A stretch of 64,000 nt of DNA from Octopus vulgaris (GCA_951406725.2 OX597832.1:50778001-50842000); one strand, 5' to 3'; shown: positions 42,094 through 57,692, counted from the stretch's first letter. Notes: generated by a model from the letters alone, not told the origin. Program-made: numbers and translations.

Positions 42094-42288
42094 ATGTATG
42101 TATATGTATGTATATATAAATATATATATATTTATATTTGCATACATGTATGTATGTTTGTATATACATGCATGTGTGCATGTGTGCATTATGCATATTT
42201 ATGTATACATATATACAATATATGTATATGTGTAAATGTATGTATATACAACTCTGTATAAATGCATGTATGTATATATGGATGCATG

Positions 42289-42662
42289 AAGGCGCATGGC
42301 TCAGTGGTTAGAGCGTCGAGCTTTCGATCGTGATGTGAGTGCGATTCCTGAACCGGGCTGCGTGTTGTGTTCTTGAGCAAGACACTTTATTTTCCCGTTG
42401 CTCCAGTTCACTCAGCTGTAGAAATGAATTGCGACGTCACAGGTACCAAGCTGTATAGGCCTTTGCCTTTCCCTTGGATAACATCAGTGGTATGGAGGGG
42501 CGAGGATGGTATGCATGGGCGACTACTGGTCTCCCCCCACCCCCCAAAAAAACAACAACCCTAGGTTGTGCGTTCGCCGGTGAGACGACGTTCCGCCCAG
42601 GCTTGTACCCCGGAGGGGAACCTCTTAGGTGCATCCATGGTCATTCGTGACTGACGGAGTCG
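42289..42662 (+). mobile_element. SINE family D (tRNA-derived, CORE/V-like central motif)
   Basis: GGCGCATGGCTCAGTGGTTAGAGCG A-box, GTGCGATTCC B-box-like and GTGTTGTGTTCTTGAGCAAGACACTT. Related minus-strand fragments at about 40880-41080 and 58150-58280. Confidence 0.75.
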
Positions 42663-42894
42663 AGTTTTTTTTATATATATATAAGGATGCATATATATAT
42701 ATATACGTGTGTGTGTGTATGCATGTACATATGCATGTATGTATGCGTGTATGTGCATGTACGTATGTATGTATGTATGTATGCATGTGTGCATATGTAT
42801 ATAGACAATAAAGAGTTGGGAAATATCGAAACTGAAAGTGAAAGTGAAAGTGCAACTCAAGCCCCAAAACGGGAAACGAAAGTAAATAGGGTTA

Positions 42895-43720
<826 letters not shown>

Positions 43721-45339
43721 TATATACTACAGCTCGCAGTACCACCAGCATCAACAAACATATTCTTTGACGTCATTTCCACCACTACAACCACTACGGA
43801 CCGTTGCAGGGCTCAATTTTTGTCGTTCGATTCGCTAGAAATAGCAACCAATTCCGCCTCGTATCACACATCTCAAAACAAACGAAGGAAGCACGCTGTA
43901 GATTACGGTAGTCTTACATGGCTCTATCAAGGACAGGTTAGTCGTGGCTGGAATGCCTTTTCACCATGAATCCTGGATATTTCTGGAACGAAACATGAAC
44001 GACAACAGCAACAACACCAACAACACCAACAAAAAAAACATCAACAACAGACACTAGGTGTTTGTTTTTCTGCCCTCATTTTAATTCGCTTGTGTTTTGT
44101 GTCATAATATATTTAAAACACGCACACCCAAACACAGACAGACAGACAGACACACACACACACACACGCACACACACGCGCGCGCGCACACACACACACG
44201 CATGCACGGACACGCACATGCATACACACATACATACACATACACACATGCACACACTCATCATACATGTATACACACACACAAGCACACATATGCATAC
44301 ACACATACATTCATACATACATACATACACACGCACACATACATTCATACATATATACACACACACGCACACACACATGCACACGCACATGCATACACAC
44401 ATGCATACACATACACACATGCATACACTCATTCATACATACACATACATGTATACACACACACACATATGTACACATATATGTACACATACATGCACAT
44501 GCATACACACATACATACACATACACATATGCACACACTCATTCATACATACACACATACATTCAAACATATACACACGCACACACACATGCATACACAC
44601 ATACATACACATACATATATGCACGCACTCATACATACAAATGCATGTATGCATACTCACGCACAAATGTGCACGTATACACTTGCACATATGAGTACAC
44701 TCTTGCACGTATACTCACACACATAGACACACACAAGCCAATATACGCATGCACGCACATGCACACTCTTGCACGCACGCACGCATAGACACATTTTTCG
44801 CACGCACGCATACATTCACACACACACATTCTCACTTTGATGTACATAAACTGGACGCACACAATCTTTTGAATTTTTTTTTTGTTTTGCAGTATGTATA
44901 TGTGCATATGTGTGTGCATGTGTGTGTGTACACATGTATGTGTATGTATGAATGACTGTGTGCATGTGTATGTTTTGCAGTATGCGTACCGTTGTTGGTT
45001 ACCATGACGGCGACGTCACCGCCGCCGCCGCTGACGACGACGACGACGATGATGATGATGACGATGATAATATCTCCTGCAGCTGATATGGCGTTGCACA
45101 ATTCGTTGCACACAGACACACACATATACACACACATATACACACACATATATACACACATCTGCGCACGCGCTGCTCATTAGCTAAATAACATCCACAG
45201 AGCGAGAACGACCGACGTCCGGCCTCTCTACCTGCAAACACAACAACCATGCCCGAACCAGTAAACACAAGTCACAACCATTTCGATTGCACGCGCGCGC
45301 TCACACGCGCGCACACGCGCACATGTATGTATTTTCTTC

Positions 45340-45795
45340 TTTTATTCTTTTGTGTGTTTCAGTCATTAGACTGCAGCCATGCTGGGGCACCGTCTCGAAG
45401 AACTTTTAGTCGTATGCCTCGACCCCCCTCCCCACCTCATTCCCCACTCCAGTACTTATTTGTTAAGCCTGGTACTTGTTTTGTCGGGTGCTTTTCCCCC
45501 GCGAACCGCTAAATTACGGGGACGTAAACAAAACGACACCGGTTGTCAAGAGGCTGTGGAGGACAAACACACACACACACACACATGCACACACACACTC
45601 ACACGGAGAAACACACACGCACACACACATACACACATACACCCAAACACATATATATCCGACGGGCTTCTTTCAGTTTCCGCCCACCAAATCTACTCAC
45701 AAGCGTTTGGTCGACCGGAGGGTATAGTAGAAGACACTTGCACAAGGTGCTTCGCAGTGGGACTGAACCGGTAACCATGTGGTTGAGAAGCAAGG
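45340..45795 (-). mobile_element. SINE family B (diverged)
   Basis: Reverse-complement match, including gacgggcttctttcagtttcc and gcagtgggactgaacc. Confidence 0.78.
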
Positions 45796-46410
45796 TTATA
45801 TATATCTGTATACATACATCGACCCATCCATACATAGATAGATAAGATACATATATACATATATACATACATGCATACATACATACATACATACATACAT
45901 ACATACATACATACATACATAATACATACATGCATACATACATACATACATACATACATACATGCATACATACATACGTGCATGCATACATACTTACATA
46001 CATACATACGTGCATGCATACGTGCATGCATACATAAATACATACATACATACATGCATACATACATACATACATACATACATGCATACAAACATACATA
46101 CATATATACATACATAATACATACATACATATATACGTACATACGTACATATATACGTACATACGTACATGCATATATACATACATACATACATACATAC
46201 ATGCATACATACATACGTGTGCATATGTGTATGTGTATGTGTAAGTGCATGTATGTGTGTTTGTCTATGCACGTACCATGGTTTTGGTTTCGTGCTGCAC
46301 AGTGTCTTTCATTATTCGTTTTGCATGCATTCTTCCTCTCTTTGCGTACAATTTATCATTTACTCCGTATACAGACCATGCGACCATGCATTTACTATAC
46401 ACTCCATATC

Positions 46411-46585
<175 letters not shown>

Positions 46586-47424
46586 GAATATGCACAAGCA
46601 AAACACTACGTATGCACATGTAACTTACGAACGAACGAACTTACAAACGGACGCGCATATTTGATTTTCGCTTGCTTCTTTTGTTTACTATTTGTATTTG
46701 CATAAATGAAACGTCAACGGTAGCACACAAACAACAACAACAACAACAACAATAGCAACAACAACATCAGCAACATTAGCAACAATGACGATCGTCTCGT
46801 CAACGTAACCATCTTCACACCATGCCATAATCTCAAATCCTCCTCCTCCTCCTCGTCCTTCTCATCATCGTCACCACCATCACCGCCATCACCTTCACCT
46901 TCACCATCACCTCCATCATCGTCATCATCATCATCATCTTCGTCATCAAGGATAGCAACAGCAGTATTTAACAACTGGCTGGACTGCACTGCAACAAGGC
47001 GGAAACGTTTACGACAGTAAAAGAAAAAGAAAAAAACTAATTTGAATTTTCTACTTTCACTTTCGAGGTGTAAACCATACGTTTTCTTTATTTACCTCTT
47101 CCCTCACATTCGCTTTCACTTGACGTTGTTCAATTATTACTTTTCTTCTTTCTTTTACGGTCTTGACATTGTTTTTCTCTCATCATTGCCCTTTAATCTT
47201 TTTCTTATTTTTGTCTTTTAAAAATTTTTTTTGTCTTTTTTTTTCCAAATGCATTTCGCTTCAATTTGAGCAATTTTTTTAAACACTTTCCTCTATAGTT
47301 TTTTACTTCTACGTTGCACTCAGCTCCTCACTCTCTCTCTCCCCCTCCCTCCTCCCCTCTCCCCTCTCCCCCCTCTCTCTCTATCTGTATATTTACCTTT
47401 ACATACGTCTGCATCTCTCATTCA

Positions 47425-47475
<51 letters not shown>

Positions 47476-47689
47476 TCTCTTACTATCTCTCTTTGACTAT
47501 TTTTCTTTCTCACGTATGCGCACCTCTTGCAAACATACCAATCTACCTACCTACATGCATGCATATATTTCATATATATATACATATATAAATATATATA
47601 AGGGTGTGTATCTCCTTAATCTTTTTTTCTTTTCTTTTCTCTCTCTTCTCTTTCAGACTTCAACCCCTCCTGCTAATGCATAAATATGT

Positions 47690-48000
47690 CTGTGCAAAGC
47701 TCCGCCCGTTTAACCATGTACGCTGTGTCTAACACGTGTTTATCAAGGCAGCAAAGCATTCGCGGTGTTTTCCTCGCACCATCATCCGTAGAGCAGCCTT
47801 TAACGACGGCCTGAATCGGTGGAAATCAGACCAAATCGGGTTGCCAGCAACGACGGACAATGCGCCGAAGTCGTTTGAAACGAAACCTCGATTTTAGCAG
47901 TCAAACACAGACGTCGGCTTTTTCGCTCTTCTCCGACAAGTCGATATTGCTTGACCAGACGGACAGGGCCGCATACATTTACAAGAACCCTTACAACACC
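47690..48000. promoter_or_regulatory. CpG-rich unique island about 3.5 kb upstream of the SLC16 ATG (candidate promoter or non-coding first exon)
   Basis: Non-repetitive and CpG-dense, preceded by a long pyrimidine tract. Supported by position only. Confidence 0.25.
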
Positions 48001-48029
48001 ATAGCCAACAACAACAACAACAGCAACAG

Positions 48030-48094
<65 letters not shown>

Positions 48095-48308
48095 GCTGCA
48101 AAATCCTCCGGTTGTCTGTTGACATATTATTAACACTTGCTAATTTCATCTTTCTAACAGCGTTGAAATTATATTGCAACACAAAAAGAAACTTTTTGCA
48201 GCCGCAAATGTGTATATATTTTTCAGTTTGATGGCGTTATTTTCTTTTCTGCTATTTTTCTTTTTCCAAAAAGACAGCAAACATGTAAAATAGAAAGAAG
48301 ACAAGAGC

Positions 48309-48340
<32 letters not shown>

Positions 48341-48767
48341 TACATAGAGAGAGAAAGAAAGAAAGAAAGAAAGAGCGAGAGAGAGAGAGAGAAAGGGTAA
48401 ACAATAACAGCTGCTACAAAGCAGAAAGCAAACAGCAAAAAAAGAAAATTATATATAAAAAAAAAAGTATGGATATTTTTAAATTCAAAATATGGACATT
48501 GAAAATATGCTTGGTTCAAGGTGCTTGATTCGACGGTTTTTTTTTGTTTTTGTTTTTGGTTGGTCTTTTCTTCTTTTTTTTTAACCTCCCGGACAACGTG
48601 TTTTGTGAAACTTGTTTGTAGCGTCAATCAATGAATGCTATTATACCCAAATCGCTTTTATTTCCTGGGCGAATGAAAACAGATTCGGATATATCTGCAA
48701 TGCAAATGAACAGCTGAAGAGATAAAAAAGACAACTAAACATAGCAGACTTACAGACAGACAAACAG

Positions 48768-48812
<45 letters not shown>

Positions 48813-48949
48813 TACACACAAGCACGCATACACACACATATATATATACATATATATATGTTTGTTTTTATGTTTAGTTATTATGAAAACGATAATCTGA
48901 AGGCTTACTCTCTACTTGCGTAGAGTACAAATTTATTATTCTTAAATAA

Positions 48950-48996
48950 GAAAGTCCGACGATGGCTTAGCGGGCCGAAACTTCGAAGTCACTGTC
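48950..48996 (+). ncRNA. Type-I hammerhead ribozyme-like motif (second family)
   Basis: GAAAGT-CCGACGA-T-GGCT(TAGCG)GGCC-GAA-ACTTCGAAGT-C-ACTGTC, with a GUC cleavage triplet ending at 48990. A degenerate paralogue at about 56318-56380 has ACTTTC, restoring a full stem I. Confidence 0.68.
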
Positions 48997-49091
48997 AACA
49001 ATATTCTTGTTTAAGAACAATACAGATGCATGTGTGTGTGTGAATGTGTTAGAGAGAGAGGGGGAGAGAGAGAGAGGGAGAGTGAGTGAGA

Positions 49092-49126
<35 letters not shown>

Positions 49127-49738
49127 TGTGTGTGTGTATGGGCGTGTGTGCATGTGTGTGTGCAGAAAAAGGAGAGAAAAAAATTGTGCATATACACATG
49201 CATTTAACTGGAGATTCAGAAACGAGCTTTGTGAAGCCTGCAACATCATCATCATCGAGTTTAATTTTATTTTATTCTAAAATATAATTCTGCAGAACGA
49301 CACGTATTTAACGCACATAAAAAAATACACGGATATGTTGAGAAGCACGCACAGAGAGGTACATTTTTAGTAGATATATATAAATATATATATATATATA
49401 AAGAGAGACAGAGACAGAGAGAGAGTGATGAAGATACATATGCACACACATCATTCGTATACTGACGAATTCTCATCACAGAGGCGCAGATACGAATGCA
49501 CAGGGCCAAAGATAGACACATTCGTTTGTATACGACTGCAAGATTTTTTTTTTTTTTACGAGACCAATAGCTGTCATCTGTAATTTCGGATTTTGCTACA
49601 ACGCAAACGACTTATAAACGAATCATTATATAAACCAACGAAGCGAAAAACAATACCAGCAGCTAGATAGAGCAACGGCAGCAGCTGCAGCAGCAGCATT
49701 AGTTGTAGCAGTACTAGCATTAGTAATAGTAGAAGCAA

Positions 49739-49771
<33 letters not shown>

Positions 49772-49924
49772 TAGTAATAGTAGAAATAGTGGAAATAGTA
49801 GCGGTAGTAGTGGTGGCAGCAGCAATAACAACAATTACACAAAGCACAATCTCATCTGCTCAGAATCAACGGCATTTTAACGATGTCAACAATATTTGTA
49901 ACAGCTCTGTGTAACAACAACAAT

Positions 49925-49956
<32 letters not shown>

Positions 49957-50432
49957 CTACAACAACAACAGCAAAAGCAATTCTGCAGAACAAACGGCTC
50001 GAAAATGGAATGAAGAAATCGTGTGTCAAGAAATAATGTGTTGATAATGTTTGTTATTCTGGCTCATTTCAACAAACGTTTACCTAAAGGAAAACCAAAC
50101 GGAAGAATGAGATCGTAAAAAAAAAAAACAATTTAAAAAAAAAAGAACAAGAAAAAAGAAAAAAAGGTAAAAAGAAAAAGAAAAAAAAGAAAGAAAGCAA
50201 GCAAGCAACAACAGCAACAACACAAACAAAATGAAAACAAAAATATCCTCGCACATATAATAATGTCTGAAGTGTTCCTTTTACAATTTTTGCCTTGATA
50301 ATATATTTTCTTCTTATCGTCTGCCTTTTTTTTTTCCTTCATCAAATTCATAGTTACTAGATTTAAGAGTGAAGTTATTTCTCTTCATCACCTCTACTCT
50401 CTCCTCCTCCTCCTCTTCCTCTTCCTCCGCTT

Positions 50433-50473
<41 letters not shown>

Positions 50474-51114
50474 GTTGTTGTTGCTGCTGCTGCTGCTGCG
50501 CGATGGTGTCTTCTGGATTTTAATGTAAAGCATATATACACGTACGCACGCACGCACGCATACATACACACACACACAAACGACGGTTCTCACACACAGG
50601 CGAGAGAGAGAGAGAGAGAGAGCATTCACACATTTTCCACACAAAAGCCTGCCGTGTATAACACATACAATCACTGTTGGATTTAAAACGAGAACCGAGA
50701 ACTGATATTTTTGCTAGACACAAGCGTTGGCTCTCGATGGACCAGCCGACACCCAGGACTAAAAATAAGAATGACAAAACACAAAGGTTATCGTTGTTGC
50801 TTTGCCCTTTATTTTATATCTTCAAATCCGCACATTCGATGATTTCATCCTTTATTCAGACACATTGATTACAGAACAAAATAACCCCACGTTTCACAGT
50901 TAGGGGTGAATGGCTTTCAAATAGATTTACTATCACATACGTTTGCTAGTTTACATTCTCCATTCTATTCTTACACGCTTTTTTTTCTGCATTTCTCCTT
51001 TACTCCATTTCTTCCTTCCTCGCTTTCAGTGAATCAGTCAATCGATATATATTTACCTATCAATCAATCAATCAGTCAATCAATCTATCTCGCTTTCCTT
51101 TTCTCTTTTTTTTC

Positions 51115-51161
<47 letters not shown>

Positions 51162-51391
51162 ACATTGTGTCCTTCCTCTCCGCTGACTCTCCCATTCACA
51201 CGCGGTTTTCTACTCACAATTGCGTGTGTGTGCATCACACATTTGTAATCGTCACATGTGTTGTAGCTAATATATGTAGAATTCTTACGTATGTACAGCA
51301 TTTTTGTGAGAACGCATGGATGCATGTCTTCGTGTCGGTGCACAAGTCTGTCTCATAAGACGATCTCGCGGGCGGATCGAAACCGAACCCA

Positions 51392-52685
51392 ATGCATCGC
51401 CAGACCGTGGCACACAGCAACGGTAAGACGGTAGCAGCAGTTTGTCCCACAGACAAATGTGTCGTTTGCGGCATGGACAGCACAGAACGACCCCACAGCG
51501 GACACGAAACCTGTGCTCGTATGCCACCGCATCCACCACCATCATCATCACCACAACCGCCATTGACGGCGGCGGCGGCGGCGGCGGCGGTCACGATGAC
51601 GACGACGACGACGACGACAACGGCGGCGCCGACGGTAGCGGTGACCGCAGCGGCGGCGGCGGTGACGATGGCGATCACGTCCCTGAGCAAAGATGCCGCC
51701 GGCGGCACGGTCGTTGCCGCGATGTCTCCGCCGCCCGGCAAGTACCATCACCATCATCATCCTCACCACCACCATCACCACCATCATCACCACCATCACC
51801 ATCACAACCCCAACAAACTGCAAGTGCAAGCACACCAGCAACAACAACAACAACAACAACAGCTAACGACTCAGCCATCACCCACTTCTCAACAACAACA
51901 ACAACAACAGCAACAACAACAACAACAACAGCAACAACAACAATTACAACAACTACAACAGCAACAACAGCAACAACAAATGCAGTTACGTTCGCAGCCT
52001 TCGGCTCAATTGGCTGTGCAAAGTCCCAAACCACAAGATCAGCAACCACAGAATGAGCCGAGCGAGCAATATCAACAACAACAACAACAACAACAACCAT
52101 ACCATCACCATCACCACCACCCATATCATCAACAACAACAGCAACAGCAACAACAACAACAACATGCTCAAAAACCGGTGCAACAGCATGATCAACAAAA
52201 ACAACAACAGCAGCAAACACAACAGCAACCACAACCACAACAGCAACAGCAAACGGTCGCCCGTAAAGACGAGGCAAAGACGCCGGAAAGCCAAGCCGGG
52301 ATTATCTGTACCGACGGCAGCGGAAGCGGGGGGACGACGGACTCGAGCGGAGGCTGTGGGACCAACGGCGGAAACGGTGGCAGCAACGGGACCGGAACTG
52401 GAGGTGTTAGTATCGGTATCATCGGAGGAGGAGGAGGCGGAGGAGGAGGAATTGGGATCGGCGGCGGCGGCGGCGGTTCGGTGGGCGACGGGAGCAGGTC
52501 GTGCGCCGGAGATCCCCGCCAAGTGACAAGATTTGATTTCGGAGATTTCTATCCCGATGGCGGATGGGGTTGGGTGGTTGTGGCCGCCGTCACAGTCGTC
52601 AACATCTTATGCTATGGTTTTCATTTGGCATACGGAATGTTATTCATGGAAGCCAAGAAGAAATTTGGAAACAGCCAAGAGTTAG
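51392..52685 (+). CDS. First coding exon of an SLC16/monocarboxylate transporter-family (MFS) gene; partial, downstream exons not in window
   Basis: Uninterrupted ORF from ATG 51392, with an in-frame TAA upstream at 51356. It encodes [33 protein letters not shown], the hallmark [D/E]GGWGW pre-TM1 motif plus TM1 of SLC16 proteins. It ends at a consensus donor TTAG|GTAAGT (phase 1). The exon is GC/CpG-rich relative to its flanks. Confidence 0.92.
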
Positions 52686-54069
52686 GTAAGTTCCATTAAT
52701 ATACTATTTTAAACTTGTTGGTAGCAACCTTTCCGGAGACCACCCTTGGTTTTTCTGTGATACAAAATAGCCTGTTTGTAAATATCCATATGTGTGTGTG
52801 TCTGTGTGTGTGTATTTCTTTGGGGTATTGTCGTACTAATAACCTGGTGTAAGATTCAATATATATATGTCTCTAAGCGAAGCGTTAGTTGAGTATAGAG
52901 CGGTAATAAGAAAAGAGATGACAAAGGAATAAACAATTATCCTATGAACTTCATTAGCTTATATCACTTCATGTTTGAAGCTCTGATAAAACTAAGGTTT
53001 TACTCAGACACACAACAAGGATTCCATTACGTCTTATAAGGGAAACAGCTGTAAGGTAATGAAGTTCATAAGATAATCGTTTTACTTGTCACCTCATTTC
53101 TTTAGTTTTATCAAAGAACTTTTTTTCTTCTGCTATGTTACCCGCTTAATACCGAAAATACCGACTCAGTAATGGAATAAAGAAAAGACCGGCTTAATAA
53201 TGAACAAAGTTAGTTGTTTTACTAAATCCCTTCAATTTTTGAATGATTTCATTATTGCCACAATTTCAGAAATATGATCAACAAGTTTTTAAATGTAAAA
53301 GTAACAGATTTATCTATATATAAAAAAAAAGATTTAAAACAAATTTTAAGCCTGTGATCTCTTTCAAGCTACTGGGAGAGATTTAGTGCAAAAAATGAAA
53401 GTGTTCTTAACTGGTATGTTCCAGTTTTCGGAATATCATACGACAATATGAGCTGTAAGCAGTGTATTTCATTAGAACTATAGTCACAAAAGGTTAAGCA
53501 CTTAAATAACGATAAATGTCAAGTCCCGGCGGACGACCCTATGACGACAAACCAGTGGTATGGCGTGGGTTTTTGTCTGTTCTGTACAGTGGCCAAATAC
53601 CCTTGCACCGTTCCAGCAAACACACATATATAAAGTGGTTGACCTGGGTGGTTTACATGCATCTCACACCCCACGCCATACTGCCCACGCTCCACGCCCC
53701 ACGGCCCACGCCCTACACTACACCGCTAGACAAACTCCAACTCGAAATCAAGTTCAAGACTCCCTCATCGCATTTCTGCCGTTGGGGCATCTGAATAATT
53801 CTATTTTCCATTGAAGTGTTTCATTGGGTCCTGGTAAAGCTGGTGACCCCCATTTCCTCCAAAGGATCGTGGGTGCTGTTGATTCTTAAGGAACCCATCA
53901 TTACCTTTGACATATTTTTATATTTCTAATAATTCTGCTCGCCCACACTTCTTCCTCACCGGGAAAACCCAATAGGGATCTGAGTTAAAATGAGAATCAT
54001 TCACCGTGAGTAGTTACTATCTGATCACATGGTTACCAATTGACGGTTTCCGCCGACATGTCATTGCTA

Positions 54070-54100
<31 letters not shown>

Positions 54101-54106
54101 CATACA

Positions 54107-54138
<32 letters not shown>

Positions 54139-54256
54139 CATACATACATACATACATACATACATACATACATACACACATACATACATACATATACACA
54201 TACATACATACATACATATACACATACTTACATACATACATACATATATATACACA

Positions 54257-54288
<32 letters not shown>

Positions 54289-55112
54289 CACATACATACA
54301 TACATACATATACACATACATACATACATACATAAATACATACATACATACAAATACACATACATACATACATACGTACATACATACATATACACATACA
54401 TACATACATACATACATACACACATACACATATATATATTACTTTCGTGTACAATTTTCGGCCGAAGGCCAGCAATTTCGGGTGAAGGGGTAAGTTAATT
54501 ACACCACCTCAGTATTAAATTGGTACTTATTTTATCGACCCCAAAAGGCTGAAAAGGCAAAGTCAACCTCTGAGGAATTTGAACTCAGAACGTAACGACA
54601 GCTAAGTATTTCATACCGATGCCGATATAATCGACGTTTCCCCTACTTTCCCGAAACTGCTGGCCTTGTGCCAAAATTCGAAACCAATATTAATTTATTT
54701 CCTTCATTCGTAAAGCAATACTTTCCACTCATTTCGGATATGTAAAAGAAAAAAAAAAAAGAAAAAATACAAACAAAATTAATGTTTCCTTAAACCTTCA
54801 TTGGGGTTTGAAACCAAACCTTACGGTTACTGTTCGTTCAATCATCACGTTTTAAAAACTGTTTGATAGACTCTATACCGGTGACAAAAAGTCAAATATA
54901 GACTGCTGGTATTATAGCTGACGTTACAAAAGTTTCCTTGTCGATATAAATAGAAATATTATCGCACCAAGTGTATCCGGCAACTCACAGCATAGACACG
55001 TTTTAAGTATGGAGCATTGCTGTCTCGCACAAGTCCAAATCTCATTAAACTAATGGAAACGTAAAAAGCGTACACGCATATCTATACACACATACATATA
55101 AACATACATACA

Positions 55113-55144
<32 letters not shown>

Positions 55145-55313
55145 CACACACACACACATACACACACACACACACATATATATATATGTATTTATATATA
55201 CATACATACATATACACACACACACACACATACACATATATTTATACATACATACATACATATAAACACACACACATGCACACACACACATACACACATA
55301 TATATATGTATTT

Positions 55314-55377
<64 letters not shown>

Positions 55378-56062
55378 GTATTTATACATACATACACATA
55401 CACACACATATATATATATATATTTATACACACATACACACACTCATATGTACTAAATCTACATCGAATTCTTTTGTCTAGTGACTATAGTGTCACGGAA
55501 AGCTGCGCATGCGTAACCACAGACATCCTCTTTATTACACATACTATCCCGGTACAAGTGATTGCTTTTACTATTTACTCACCTATCTATTTTATATGTG
55601 TGTATGTATTCATGTATGTATGTATGTGTGTGTTTGTGTGTATGTATATATGAGTGTGTGCGTGTGCATGTGTGTGTGTGTGTGTAGGTGTGTGTCAGTC
55701 TGTGTGTGTGTGTCTGTGTGGAAATGGATTTACACTTGTTCGGTGAACTAATCCATCTGGTCACATGCATCCTTGGCATGGCTTCCAAAGGCTTATCCTT
55801 GTCATTGACGAAGCTTGACCATTGAATTACAGGTATAATCCTTCCGATAGGCTTCCGTATAGTTTCTATTTAATCAGTTTCACTTTCAAGGCTGCGTCGG
55901 CTGGGTTCGGCTGGGCGCTGCAGTAAAATATACACTTGCTCAAAATGCCAAGCGACTTGGTAGGATTGAACCAACGACTCTGTAATTGCGAAGTGAACTT
56001 CTTAAGCGTTTGGCCATAGTGTCTCGCACACACACTCGCACGCACGCACGCGCACACACACA

Positions 56063-56103
<41 letters not shown>

Positions 56104-56167
56104 GTGTATATATATATATATATAGTTCAAATATAGAGAAAACAAAACAAAAGACAAAGACAATTGA

Positions 56168-56198
<31 letters not shown>

Positions 56199-56271
56199 TG
56201 TGTATACACACACACACACACACACACGCACGCACACACATGCACACACACACACACGCACACGCACACAC

Positions 56272-56312
<41 letters not shown>

Positions 56313-56468
56313 TCAGCCAAATGATAACTTAGCAGGCCGGAACTTCGAAGTCACTTTCAATACTATTCATGTTTAAAAAAATAAGAAAATTCATACTCTA
56401 CCAACTGTATTGAGTAATTATTCAATTTGATATAAAACTGTCTTTATTATAACATAAAGGCAACATCA

Positions 56469-56503
<35 letters not shown>

Positions 56504-56637
56504 TGTGTGTGTGTGTGTCTGTGAATGAGTGGATGAGTGAGTGAATGTGTGCGTGTGTGTCTGTTTATGTATGAATATACATATGGCGATTGCTCCATCT
56601 TCACAAATTTATTGTCGTCTGCTTGCGGTTTCTTGTT

Positions 56638-56777
56638 GTCGACTTTGCCTTTCATCCTTTCGGGGTCGATTAAATAAGTACCAGTTACGCACTGGAGTCG
56701 ATATAATCGACTTAATCCGTTTGTCTGTCCTTGTTTGTCCTCTCTGTGTTTAGTCCCTTGTGGGTAGTAAAGAAATA
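56638..56777 (+). mobile_element. 5'-truncated SINE family A (tail-1)
   Basis: Body and tail match; followed by GGTA. Confidence 0.85.
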
Positions 56778-57494
56778 GGTATTTCTAACTTCCCGTCCTT
56801 GACCTCTCAGGTGACTATTACAGTCCCGCTGCAGATCTGAGTGGTTCGAAGCACGAATGTCGTAACTTACTGTGCACCTCCAACTCTCCTGCACATGCCG
56901 CCACGCTTCCATTGCCGTAGGACTTTCAGTAGATCGAACGACAAATGAGGTCACTATAAAAAGACGTCTGTATGTCATTGGACTATACCGATAAATGCTT
57001 GTACAACTCGAGTACCACTTTCTGAGTCTCCGTGATCAGTACAAAGGGACAGGCCAAAGCGAGATGGCCAGTAATCACTTGAAACCGCAGGCTTTACATC
57101 AGAGTCTCCCTCTTCTAGAAGAATGTTGTGACAATAGCTAGGGGACCATCACCCCCTCCCCGGCGGTTTTACTGTGTGCCCTGAAATCATCCAAGAGCAT
57201 TTTTGCATTCCCGCGCTCAGAATGATTGTCATCACATATACTTGTTGACCCATAGCTGGGGTCCTGACGGATGTTATTATTCTGGGTCAGAGTTGACCTG
57301 GGAACAATAGTGACTAAAAAGGTGGTCCCTACTAATGGATGCACTTTAAAGCCATATCTAGGGCAAGTATATACATATATATATATTTGTACATACAAAA
57401 AATATATATATACATGTGTATGTATCATATTATAAATATAATATAATATAATATAATATAATATAATATAATATAATATAATATAATATAATAT

Positions 57495-57658
57495 AGGCGT
57501 AGGAGTGGCTGTGTGGTAAGTAGCTTGCTTACTAACCACATGATTCCAGGTTCAGTCCCACTGCGTGGCACCTTGGGCAAGTGTCTTCTACTATAGCCTC
57601 GGGCCGACCAAAGCCTTGTGAGTGGATTTGGTAGACGGAAACTGAAAGAATCCCGTCG

Positions 57659-57692
<34 letters not shown>

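Noticed and set aside
51548-52526. Antisense and alternative-frame ORFs overlapping the SLC16 exon
   Set aside because: Expected shadows of a GC-rich triplet-repeat exon.
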